From NCBI GenBank assembly GCA_031416075.1, contig JANOSY010000067.1, positions 1 to 40,657 on the forward strand: a DNA stretch of 40,657 nt. The letters are read 5' to 3'. A model generated the notes under the pieces. It saw nothing but the letters and a program-made list of their open reading frames with translations. It was not told where the DNA came from and made no database searches. The DNA comes from Candidatus Tenderia sp. GTDB taxonomy: Bacteria; Pseudomonadota; Gammaproteobacteria; Tenderiales; Tenderiaceae. Positions 8,912 to 17,136 of the stretch are shown piece by piece. A program made the translations under genes and the position numbers. Position 1 is the stretch's first letter, and every line of letters starts with the position of its first letter.

Positions 8912-9081
8912 AACGCCACCCGCCCGCCACAATGCAAATTAAAATGGCTAACCACATGCTCACGAGTCAGGGGCTGATAGTGGGGAGGGACACTTGTCAG
9001 CGCCTGGGCGCGAGAGGATCGCGAAGGGAGCGCGATGATCTCAGCAGCATAGTGTCGTGGTCGTTTGTTGTGATTAGCCAT
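8908..9081 (-). CDS. Small hypothetical phage protein, 57 aa (not in ORF track)
   Basis: MANHNKRPRHYAAEIIALPSR...; stop overlaps the endolysin ATG (ATGA); first gene after the late promoter. Confidence 0.65.
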   Translation of the reverse strand: MANHNKRPRHYAAEIIALPSRSSRAQALTSVPPHYQPLTREHVVSHFNLHCGGRVAL

Positions 9082-9087
9082 GTATCA

Positions 9088-9132
9088 ATCATGGCGATAA
9101 TGAGGGGGATAATGCAGTGGTGAAATGTTTCA
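9088..9132 (-). promoter_or_regulatory. Late promoter for the lysis/packaging operon (putative Mor/C-type activator site)
   Basis: Minus strand TGAAACATTTCA-CCACTGC...27 nt...CATGAT; same motif and spacing occur ahead of the protease gene. Confidence 0.7.
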
Positions 9133-9156
9133 AGGCCCCAGCAGGGCAGCGGCTAA

Positions 9157-9570
9157 TTAGCCTACGTTACTATCATCAAACAAGTCAACCTGCTGTCTTG
9201 CGGGGATGCGTATTTTACGCAGATTAATAATGTGTCGGCGGGTCAAATTGTTCTGGCGGGCCAGGGTACTCAGCGATTCATCAGCAGCGGCAATCGCCGC
9301 ATTGCGCAGCTGTTTAAAGGGCTTGCCCGACGTGGGCAGATCCCGGTAGTACTTGCCCGCCAGGGGCGATGCCACCAGCGCCGCAATCGCCGCATCACTG
9401 ATCACATCACGCAGCGTTGTTTTGCTTTCAATGTGAGTAGGCAATGTGGTCGGCAGACCATGCCGCGCATCCAGCAGCGCGATCGTCTCCGCCAGACCAA
9501 TCACCTTCACCAGCTCCCGCATCTGCGGCGGCAGCAGGCGCTCATTAATCAATGACAAATCATCAGCCAT
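9157..9570 (-). CDS. Mor/C-family late transcription activator
   Basis: LLPPQMRELVKVIG N-terminus; RNAAI...SLSTLARQNNLTRRHI C-terminal HTH. Confidence 0.85.
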   Translation of the reverse strand: MADDLSLINERLLPPQMRELVKVIGLAETIALLDARHGLPTTLPTHIESKTTLRDVISDAAIAALVASPLAGKYYRDLPTSGKPFKQLRNAAIAAADESLSTLARQNNLTRRHIINLRKIRIPARQQVDLFDDSNVG

Positions 9571-10021
9571 TAACATTCACTCCTTCACGTTGTGCCCATT
9601 TTTTTAGTGATTCAGTGCAGGTGCTCAGGTCCGGCGCAGAGGCCCATTGCAACCGCGCCTTTTTAGTCACCCGGCTGCACCACTTCACCATCGCCGCCTC
9701 GCTGCGGTCATGGGCAACACCCTCATCCGCCAGTCGGCACCAAATCGCTGTAATCTTTTCAATCATCGGCTGCCGCCACTCAGATGCGCCGCGCGCCGCG
9801 CTTTTGGATTTTGGCTTAAACCCTTTTTGTTTCATCGCCTCCACCGCCTGCGCCAGCTGCGTGATGGTCATCGTCGTGGCAGAGATGCGGCCCTCTTTAA
9901 CAGTCGCCCCGTACTGGGCCAAAAAGGCCCGATACAGGTCATCATCAAAGCCCAGCTGCTTCTTACCGATAGAGAGCAGCTGGTACTGTTTGGCGCGGGC
10001 TGGGGAGGGTTTAGTTGTCAT
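9563..10021 (-). CDS. gemA: GemA/gp16 (DUF1018) regulatory protein
   Basis: KQLG.DDD.YR..L...G...S...MT; KI.A.W..L...G...D.SE; ESLKKW..R. Confidence 0.85.
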   Translation of the reverse strand: MTTKPSPARAKQYQLLSIGKKQLGFDDDLYRAFLAQYGATVKEGRISATTMTITQLAQAVEAMKQKGFKPKSKSAARGASEWRQPMIEKITAIWCRLADEGVAHDRSEAAMVKWCSRVTKKARLQWASAPDLSTCTESLKKWAQREGVNVNG

Positions 10022-10350
10022 CTATTCTGCCTAGTATAATTATCAAGGTTTTTGTCTATTACACTGTTGGGCGTCTCTACAATGATCGTTATTTTCACGT
10101 CTCTGGTGCATCGCAAAAACTCGCTCATGTCCATGTCATTTTCTCGCTTTTCCTCTGGTAGGTCTTCGCCAGTGCGCTCCCACCAATCTCCGCCAGCGAG
10201 AGACTGAATTTTATATATGTCGTCCAGCGTAAAGAGGTCGCCGGTCTTAAATTTGTGTGTCTTTTGAGTCTTTGCCATATCTCTCTCCGATCATCCGGTA
10301 GAGAGCAGCTGGTACAGTTTGGCGCGGGCTGGGGAGGGTTTGGTTGTCAT
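9966..10350. repeat. 56-bp direct repeat (9966-10021 and 10295-10350) of the gemA 5' end
   Basis: 53/56 identical by manual alignment; the second copy encodes the stub MTTKPSPARAKLYQLLSTG*. Confidence 0.9.
10018..10278 (-). CDS. Hypothetical accessory protein, 86 aa
   Basis: GGAGAG RBS; stop overlaps the gemA ATG; lies between the two repeat copies. Confidence 0.7.
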   Translation of the reverse strand: MAKTQKTHKFKTGDLFTLDDIYKIQSLAGGDWWERTGEDLPEEKRENDMDMSEFLRCTRDVKITIIVETPNSVIDKNLDNYTRQNR

Positions 10351-10961
10351 ACTTTTGCATCTGAAATCTTAAATGATGCAAATAGCCGTTCTTCTGCTTG
10401 GCAAATAAGCTCCATAAATTGCAGATACTCTATCTCGGTAATCCCGTAGTCATCGCCAGGCAGAACATCGCTCAGTATTTTTATGGCTGCCCCTACCTTA
10501 GCCTTATTTGTTACCTTGATATAATCAGTCTCGTTAATGTCAAGCGCCCTATTACGCTGCTGAAGTACTAACGGAAGATCACAACCAGCCAATGCGCGTT
10601 TGGCTTTATTGGTATCAATCTGTGATGTTCCATCGACAGATTCTATCTGCTCAATTAAATCAGATAAAACACCATGTAATAATTCAACCTCGGTTTTTGA
10701 TGCAGGCATAATTATTTCGGTATCCTGCGCTGGATCACCAAGGATCATCGTTCCCGCAACATAGATGCGCAGCTTTATCTCACCGTACTCACTGGCAAGC
10801 AGCTCTGCTTTCTCTCTGCCATCTCCCGTGTACCAAAGCTGCCAACCGCTGACACGGGTGCAGGTTAACTCCAGGCCATAAATCGCATCGAATAGTCTGA
10901 TGCGTTTACCATTAAACGCTACATCAATATCATGGTAACTACTCATCATTTTCCCTCTCAT
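10347..10961 (-). CDS. Hypothetical accessory protein
   Basis: 204-codon ORF coupled to neighbours; AT-richer than the core. Confidence 0.7.
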   Translation of the reverse strand: MRGKMMSSYHDIDVAFNGKRIRLFDAIYGLELTCTRVSGWQLWYTGDGREKAELLASEYGEIKLRIYVAGTMILGDPAQDTEIIMPASKTEVELLHGVLSDLIEQIESVDGTSQIDTNKAKRALAGCDLPLVLQQRNRALDINETDYIKVTNKAKVGAAIKILSDVLPGDDYGITEIEYLQFMELICQAEERLFASFKISDAKV

Positions 10962-11398
10962 CTCATCCTGTATTTAATCTGCAATGCCACAGTAGTAGCC
11001 ACGTTTTTTGACACCCTCGGCACGATAACAACATTCAGCGCCAGCGCCTTGCCCTCTAACATTATATAAGGCGCTATCATCGGTATCACCCCACCATCGC
11101 GCCACTGGTATCCATCCACCACACCGGTGATGATGCCGCTGCTGAACGTGCCATTGTCATAGGGCCGCCAGCCATAGGCGGCATAGCGTGACTGAGTGGA
11201 TTGGCTGTTGCGATACATCCCCGCTGTGATGAAGCGGCGATTATCCATCTGCCACTCCAGCCCGAGGCCAGGGTTGGAGCCATTTTTGCCGGAGGTAAAC
11301 GGATGCCAGCTGACCCCTCCCACATTCAGCCAGGTGCTGTCCGCCACGGCGACCGGCGCTGCTAATGCTATCGATAATGCCAGTGCAAATTTAAACAT
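10958..11398 (-). CDS. PagP-like outer-membrane beta-barrel protein
   Basis: Signal peptide, SWH, N.NPGLGLE, G.YRNS, G.V.GY, P..AP, terminal beta strand; GGAGG RBS. Confidence 0.7.
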   Translation of the reverse strand: MFKFALALSIALAAPVAVADSTWLNVGGVSWHPFTSGKNGSNPGLGLEWQMDNRRFITAGMYRNSQSTQSRYAAYGWRPYDNGTFSSGIITGVVDGYQWRDGGVIPMIAPYIMLEGKALALNVVIVPRVSKNVATTVALQIKYRMR

Positions 11399-11410
11399 GG
11401 TGACCTCCGT

Positions 11411-11483
11411 GGCTGCTCATCAGTCCAGTGCTACCACACACTGGAGACCGCTCGTATTACTGGTGGGCGGTTTCGCAAAAGGC
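11411..11483 (-). ncRNA. Type II hammerhead ribozyme
   Basis: Minus strand UGC-GAAA-CCGC-loop-GCGG-UC^-UCCAGUG-loop-CACUGGA-CUGAUGA-GCA; all core nucleotides and stems I-III present; cleavage predicted between 11446 and 11445. Confidence 0.9.
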
Positions 11484-11590
11484 CCGTTACGTGGGCCATT
11501 CGGCATTGCCTCGGGAGAAAGAGTAAGCCCGATCTTTGCTGCTGCTGATGGTCGGCTCAGTCAGCGCACCGGCGCGTTAGCGCATGGAGT

Positions 11591-12223
11591 TTAAAGCGCT
11601 GCTATGTCAAGCGAAATTGGCTGATATTGGTCAGAATCGCCTACCCGTTCATAAACCCGCATATACATTTTTGAACCGGCAATTCTCATCGAATCACTAA
11701 TGGCCTGCATGGCGCTAAGCCATTTTTCGTCATGAATGTTGAGACTTTTAAGGCCGAGTATTCTGCCAGTACTGACCTTGCCCTCAGCATCGGTTTTAAA
11801 TGCATGATCGACCAGTGCCTTGACGTTTGCGGGAGAGCCTTCGGTCCATTTATGGATGCACTCATCAATGAGCGTCTTGGCTACCTGCAACCGTTCATCA
11901 AATACAATATATTCAGAGACGGAGCGTTGCACCTTATACTGCCCATCAAAACTGGACAGCGTCACGTTGCCCTTGTTGCCGCCGACCTTGGCCCCGTATT
12001 TCTCGCCAGAAAGCTCGATGAATGCCTCAATATCGCCCATCGCTCCGGTCTTGAATTTTAACAGTGCTGTCTGTTGAGCCAGTGCGTTGGCGACAATCTC
12101 ACGCACCAGCGTGTCACGGTCACGGTCGATCTCTTTCACCATTTCAGTAGGCACTAGCCGACCTTGCGTATCGCGCATGTGCCCCTCTGGTATGTGTTGC
12201 TGTTTTAATGCGGCGTTGCTCAT
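11591..12223 (-). CDS. DUF3164 family protein
   Basis: G.M.D.QGRLVP...VKEID..RD; GNVTL.SFDG.YKV; FDERLQ.AK.LIDEC. Confidence 0.88.
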   Translation of the reverse strand: MSNAALKQQHIPEGHMRDTQGRLVPTEMVKEIDRDRDTLVREIVANALAQQTALLKFKTGAMGDIEAFIELSGEKYGAKVGGNKGNVTLSSFDGQYKVQRSVSEYIVFDERLQVAKTLIDECIHKWTEGSPANVKALVDHAFKTDAEGKVSTGRILGLKSLNIHDEKWLSAMQAISDSMRIAGSKMYMRVYERVGDSDQYQPISLDIAAL

Positions 12224-12605
12224 GGCGTTACTTCCTCTTGTTGGTTTAACTCAATTTCGACCTGTTTCAACAGGTCATGGATACTCAGTTTTTTAAGCGC
12301 TTTTTCACGGCGCAGCGATGAGAGTGCGCGTTTGCGTCCTTGTCGATGTCGGCGCTGTTGGTGGCGTAGTAGTAGCCGCCCGCATCGCCGGAGGTGTGAA
12401 CGATCGGCTCACCATCACGCTGTAACTGCGCCACAATTGAGCGCAGCAGGCGGGTTTGATTGACCTTAAGCGCAGGAATAATGGGCCGCCCGGTCACGTG
12501 GTGATACAGCTGGTACATGGTGATGCAGTTGCCCGGCCCTTTGTGTTCGCGCAGCAGGCCGCGCACGGTGAGTATCATCTGTTCGCGGTCCAGTTCCGCC
12601 CTCAT
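12220..12605 (-). pseudogene. Winged-helix protein, apparently frameshifted near 12337
   Basis: HKG..N.I.M..L...V...R.LR..V..L...G.PI...GGYY N-terminus; a -1 frame continues RKRALSSLRREKALKKLS... to a stop overlapping the DUF3164 ATG. Confidence 0.6.
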
Positions 12606-13141
12606 TGAGCACCCCCTTTTTTGCGTCCCAGCAATCCGCCCAGGTGTTGTGCCGCCAATGCCTTACGGGCAGCGACATCAACCTTTTGTGGTCCGGGCTG
12701 TTCGGTTTTTTGTGGGCGGTTGCGCAGTCGTTGCTCCTTTTTCTGCTCCTGTTGGCCACTGGCCTTTTGGCTCATGTTAGCGACGATGCTAAACAGATAG
12801 TTATGGTCAGCCAGTGGCAGGCGCAGCTTGTCCCGTGCGGCCAGGGTGATGTCCAAGCCGTCGCGCCAATACTCCAGCGGGGCGGCCCAGCTGCTGCCAT
12901 CACGCTGTACCTCGGCGGACTGAATGGCCGTGCCCAACTCGCCCAGGCGGTTGGCTAGCGCGTCCATGCGCATCGCCCGCTTGGCAGGACTAAACAGCCC
13001 CATGTATTGAATGATGCGCGACCCCAGTGTGGGGGCGATAGCCAACGCTGCCCCCAGCGCCTGGCGCGCCGCCGCATCCGTTAACGCCTGCTCCAGCGTG
13101 AACTTATAACCACAGTCCGGGCATACCCCCAGCAGCGCCAT
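12602..13141 (-). CDS. Conserved Mu-like hypothetical protein with N-terminal CxxC
   Basis: CPDCG; Y.GLF.P.KRA; L.LPL..H.YL; TAATG overlap with the upstream gene. Confidence 0.8.
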   Translation of the reverse strand: MALLGVCPDCGYKFTLEQALTDAAARQALGAALAIAPTLGSRIIQYMGLFSPAKRAMRMDALANRLGELGTAIQSAEVQRDGSSWAAPLEYWRDGLDITLAARDKLRLPLADHNYLFSIVANMSQKASGQQEQKKEQRLRNRPQKTEQPGPQKVDVAARKALAAQHLGGLLGRKKGGAQ

Positions 13142-13350
13142 TAGAATGCCCTCCAGCCAATACGCAGATAGAGCGGACCGATGATCAACGTGATGGCGCG
13201 GGTCAGCGGTGAGCGACTGGTGGAGAGGTTGAGCCAATGCACCCGATGCCCCAGCAGTACATTGTCATGCCACAACGTGCCGGGGGTACTCAGTCCCACA
13301 AACAGCTGCCAGCGTGGCCCGATCACGCCCACAATGGGCCGGGTATTCAT
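13141..13350 (-). CDS. Hypothetical protein, 69 aa
   Basis: Start and stop both overlap neighbours (ATGA, TAATG). Confidence 0.55.
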   Translation of the reverse strand: MNTRPIVGVIGPRWQLFVGLSTPGTLWHDNVLLGHRVHWLNLSTSRSPLTRAITLIIGPLYLRIGWRAF

Positions 13351-13937
13351 GCCGCCACCTGCTGGGCTTTGAGCTGTTCCCACAACACAATAAAACCGCA
13401 ATAGGCCCGTGCTGATGTGGTGGGGTTATCAAACAGCGCCAGCGTCTCATCGTCCGGTGTTGGCAATCCCCAGCCATTGCCGCGTGAGGGCAACAGGTGG
13501 TATGCCTCGACCGCCAGCGCCAGCCGGTCATAATGTTTAATGACGTCGATGATGCGTTGTGCCGGAGGGGGCAGGTCGTATGCTTGATGGATGGTGTATT
13601 GCAGGGCGCGCTCGATGTCACCCACCACGTGCGATAGGCGGGCGATGTTTTTTAACGGGCTGACGATGTCGCCGATGTAGGCCTCGTGTGCATCATGCAA
13701 CAGGGCATACAGCGCGGCGCGGCGGTCTTTGGTCTCATGCAATACCCGAGTCGCTACCCAGCAACTGTGCTGCGCCACGCTGTAGCTGATGCTACCGCTG
13801 GTGTGGCCATTAAAACGGGACTGGCGCGACAATGACCAGGCAATGTCATGGATGTAAATCTGCTCAGGTTTTGGGTTGACCAGGTCCACCACCATGCCGG
13901 AGTGTGTTTCAACCGTAAACGCCAAATTATTCATCAT
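13347..13937 (-). CDS. HD-domain phosphohydrolase (YfbR-like 5'-deoxynucleotidase)
   Basis: DIA.SLS...RFNGH, YSVAQHS, ALLHDAHEAYIGD. Confidence 0.88.
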   Translation of the reverse strand: MMNNLAFTVETHSGMVVDLVNPKPEQIYIHDIAWSLSRQSRFNGHTSGSISYSVAQHSCWVATRVLHETKDRRAALYALLHDAHEAYIGDIVSPLKNIARLSHVVGDIERALQYTIHQAYDLPPPAQRIIDVIKHYDRLALAVEAYHLLPSRGNGWGLPTPDDETLALFDNPTTSARAYCGFIVLWEQLKAQQVAA

Positions 13938-14058
13938 CACCCCCATCGCGATAATCGTTGGCACGTAGCAGTGCCGCCAGGCCGATACCCAGGCAGACGC
14001 CGAGTACCACACACAAAAAACAGACTAGTAAAAATTGAGTGTCATACGGCATTGTCAT
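13927..14058 (-). CDS. Small single-TM protein, 43 aa (not in ORF track)
   Basis: MTMPYDTQFLLVCFLCVVLGVCLGIGLAALLRANDYRDGGDDE; overlaps both neighbours. Confidence 0.6.
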   Translation of the reverse strand: MTMPYDTQFLLVCFLCVVLGVCLGIGLAALLRANDYRDGGDDE

Positions 14059-14381
14059 GCTTGCTTCCTCCAGGATTTACGGGGTGTCCAGCAGTGGTGT
14101 TTCATCCGTTCGATGAACGCGCCATCGCGGTGCTGTGCAGTGGCCGGGATCAGCGCGTCATGCTCGGCCTCCGCCAACTCATGCATTACCGCCTGCTGTA
14201 TCGGGAGTAATGGCAAAACATCATCCTCACTGCACGCCTCGCTACATACCTGGTTAATAATCTCTTGTGGATGCAGCAGAAACGTATCAAACAAAATCCC
14301 ACGATGCAGGATGGCTGGCAGGGCGATATAAATGCCACCCCAGTAGTGGATGTACTCATCGGGAAACGTTGTCATGGTCAC
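14055..14381 (-). CDS. Hypothetical protein
   Basis: Translationally coupled to MuB. Confidence 0.7.
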   Translation of the reverse strand: MTMTTFPDEYIHYWGGIYIALPAILHRGILFDTFLLHPQEIINQVCSEACSEDDVLPLLPIQQAVMHELAEAEHDALIPATAQHRDGAFIERMKHHCWTPRKSWRKQA

Positions 14382-15403
14382 GCCCTCGCCATCTTGGTAA
14401 AGCCCAGCGCCTGCTGGCCCACCTGGAAAATAAGCTGTGCACTAAGCGGGATATTTTTAGCCAGCCCAAAATCGCGCACCCCTGGGATCAGTGATTTACA
14501 CAGCACCCGCATCGAGCCGCCGCACATCTGCCAGAAGGCGTCGCGGATCTCGTCCGTCACCTCGCTATCATCAGAAAAGGCGGCCTGCACTACGGCGTGG
14601 GCATCATCTTCGGTGATGGTTTTGATGATCGGCGGCCAGTAGTTGACACGGCTGCTGATCTGGCCAAAACGGGAATCGTCCAGGCCGCGTTTGTTGTCCG
14701 GGCGCAGCATGTTGTTGAGTCGTGCCGTGCCCGACAACACCACGCCAATCTCGGCGTTGTCGCTGATGCGGCGGATGTACTCCAGCGTTTGCGGTGTAAC
14801 GTTGTCCGCCTCATCCAGGATCAGCAGCGCATCGGTGCCGGTCAGGCGATTGATGATCGCGTCCATGCGATCAGCCTTGGTGCCCTGGCTGTTTTTACGC
14901 ATCCCCTCGACCTTAGCCCCTGCTTCGCGCAGCAGGTGGTCCAGCATCACCAGGGCGGTCATATCGGGCACGGCCTTGATCAGCAGCACGTTGTCGTGGG
15001 TCTCTTTGTAGCGCAGCAGCGCGGTGGTTTTGCCGGTGCCCACCGAGGCACTGACGATGCAAAAAGAGCGATACAGCCGCGCCCGTTTACAGGCGGCCTC
15101 CACTGCCCGATAGACGCTGGTCGGCACAAACGGTGTGCTGCGTTTGCGCTTGGCCTCTTCCGCGTGACGCTCGATGGTGTCGAGCATCGTCTGCACGTCG
15201 CGGCTCACTGGGCTGGGGTATTTGCCGCGCAATATCTGATTCAGTTTTGTGGCCTTGATGGCGGTGCGGGCGCACAGCCACGCCTGCCCGAGCTGGCGTT
15301 TGTTGAGGTACTCCAGCACCTGCCCCACGTCGCGGATGTCCTGCTCGGTATACACCTCGCTCCACTCGGTCGGGGTGGTGAATGTTTGATCTGTATGGTC
15401 CAT
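14378..15403 (-). CDS. MuB-like AAA+ transposition ATPase
   Basis: N-terminal HTH, ASVGTGKT Walker A, LLILDEAD Walker B; follows the transposase. Confidence 0.92.
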   Translation of the reverse strand: MDHTDQTFTTPTEWSEVYTEQDIRDVGQVLEYLNKRQLGQAWLCARTAIKATKLNQILRGKYPSPVSRDVQTMLDTIERHAEEAKRKRSTPFVPTSVYRAVEAACKRARLYRSFCIVSASVGTGKTTALLRYKETHDNVLLIKAVPDMTALVMLDHLLREAGAKVEGMRKNSQGTKADRMDAIINRLTGTDALLILDEADNVTPQTLEYIRRISDNAEIGVVLSGTARLNNMLRPDNKRGLDDSRFGQISSRVNYWPPIIKTITEDDAHAVVQAAFSDDSEVTDEIRDAFWQMCGGSMRVLCKSLIPGVRDFGLAKNIPLSAQLIFQVGQQALGFTKMARA

Positions 15404-15423
15404 CTGATAAACTCCCGTTGTAG

Positions 15424-17136
15424 TTAGTAGTTAGTGTCAAAAATATCCAGCGTGATCTTGGCGCTGGTGGCTGCATCGGGGCCGGGTGTTACTGCACTCG
15501 GCTCCAAATTTGTGTATATCAATCCCTCGTCTTCGTGGTTCTCTACCATCAATCCGCCACCCTCATTCAGGGCGTCGATATCGGCCTGCACATCTACGTG
15601 GCTGATGGATAACGCCGCACGGGCTTCGAGTTCGTTTTGTTTGTGTTTGAGGCGGCCAATCTGGCCATCCAGGCGGCGCTGTTGTGCCTCGGCAATGCGT
15701 GAGGCGGGCAGGTAGTCGGCCTTGCGGATTAGCCCGGCGTCACATATCCAGCGGCCATCACGGGCTAGGATGCGCACGCTGCTGTCATCCAGCAGGTCAT
15801 ACTCCACCACCAGGGGTTCGCCGTTGTAGGCCACCAGGGCGGCAGACCCATATTCGCGGTTATGCAGGCGCACCGACTGGCGCCCCACTACCCGATCAAT
15901 GCGCGGCCGCACAATGGCATCGCTGGGGGTATGCAGGGGGCACTGTTCACGCTCGGCCCAGACCTGCGCCGGGGTACGGCCATCCAGCCCTTTATGTTCG
16001 CGGTGGTGGTATTTGTCGATCCACGCCGCCAGCCCGGCGATGTAGCTTTGCAGGCTGGGCAGTTGGCGCTTGCCGGTTTTTACTTCGCGGGTGATCAGTT
16101 GCAGCGCTTCGGCGGCCATGTCAGCACCGCAGTAGGTGGGCAGCCGTTTGCCAAAGTCGCGCTCCATCGTGCCAAAAAACCGCTCTACCTGCCCCTTGGC
16201 CTTGGCGTTGTAGGGCAAGGCAAACATCGCCTCAATATCAAATCGGGCGTAATAACCCACGCTCTCATCGTTCATCATCTTGCTGGCATAGCCGCTGCCG
16301 TTATCGATGTGCAACATGGCGGGTACATGGTCATGGCCCACCAGGGCGCGGCTCAGGGCAAACAGGGTGCTGTGGCTGCTCTCTGATTCACTGATGTACC
16401 AGCCCGCAATGTAGCGGCTGCCGACATCGATCCAGACCGTCAGCTCAGGCCGCCACACATCACCGGTAAACGGGTGGGCGATATAGGCATCCACGGTGTG
16501 ACCGTCGCCCTGGTAGATAAACCCGGCCGGGATGCAGCCGGTATCGCGCCGCACAAAGCCGCGCTGGCTGTTTTTGTAGAGTCGTGCCCCCATTCGTGCG
16601 GATGATTTCTCGCGCATATTGGCAGGCAGAGCGTTGATGTAGCCGCGCACACGGGCGTCGCTGGCATCGCTAAATTGGTGCTCCTCACGCAGCTCGCGGG
16701 CGATGCTGCTGATGGTGCGTTTGGTTGGGGTATTCCAGAGCCGGTAGGCCAATGCCTCCCAGCCGCCCACCTTGCGCTCGCTGCCCTTATGGGCAGGGGC
16801 AGCGGCGACATTGTCACCGCTCAGGTGTTGGCGATATTTATCATCCCAGCGGTAAAACGTGGCCCGATTGGGGCAAGCCGGTTTGTTGGGTTGTAATGTG
16901 GCCAGCGCCACCATCACTGTGGCGGGCAGTGCCTGGGCAGCATGCTGCGCCTCAAACACGGCGATGGCAGGGTTGAGTGACTCCCCCCGTGCATCGCCGC
17001 GCAGCTTGCGCACGAATCTCATCACCACCACCAGGGCGTCGCGTTTGGCCTGCTGTTTACTGTTCAGGTGCACGGCGGTATCGGTGTGGTCAACAAGGCG
17101 CAAATGAGGCGCAGCAGGCAGTGCCCGTGCCATCAC
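15424..17136 (-). CDS. MuA-like DDE transposase
   Basis: YQGDGH, LHIDNGSGY, KGQVERFF catalytic triad; YH.REH.GL.GRTP; Mu-transposase C-terminal region. Confidence 0.95.
   Translation of the reverse strand: MMARALPAAPHLRLVDHTDTAVHLNSKQQAKRDALVVVMRFVRKLRGDARGESLNPAIAVFEAQHAAQALPATVMVALATLQPNKPACPNRATFYRWDDKYRQHLSGDNVAAAPAHKGSERKVGGWEALAYRLWNTPTKRTISSIARELREEHQFSDASDARVRGYINALPANMREKSSARMGARLYKNSQRGFVRRDTGCIPAGFIYQGDGHTVDAYIAHPFTGDVWRPELTVWIDVGSRYIAGWYISESESSHSTLFALSRALVGHDHVPAMLHIDNGSGYASKMMNDESVGYYARFDIEAMFALPYNAKAKGQVERFFGTMERDFGKRLPTYCGADMAAEALQLITREVKTGKRQLPSLQSYIAGLAAWIDKYHHREHKGLDGRTPAQVWAEREQCPLHTPSDAIVRPRIDRVVGRQSVRLHNREYGSAALVAYNGEPLVVEYDLLDDSSVRILARDGRWICDAGLIRKADYLPASRIAEAQQRRLDGQIGRLKHKQNELEARAALSISHVDVQADIDALNEGGGLMVENHEDEGLIYTNLEPSAVTPGPDAATSAKITLDIFDTNY

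Noticed and set aside
13347-13937. HD protein as part of a Z-genome (DatZ/PurZ) pathway
   Set aside because: No PurZ, MazZ or polymerase in the prophage; stand-alone YfbR-like HD genes are common in phages
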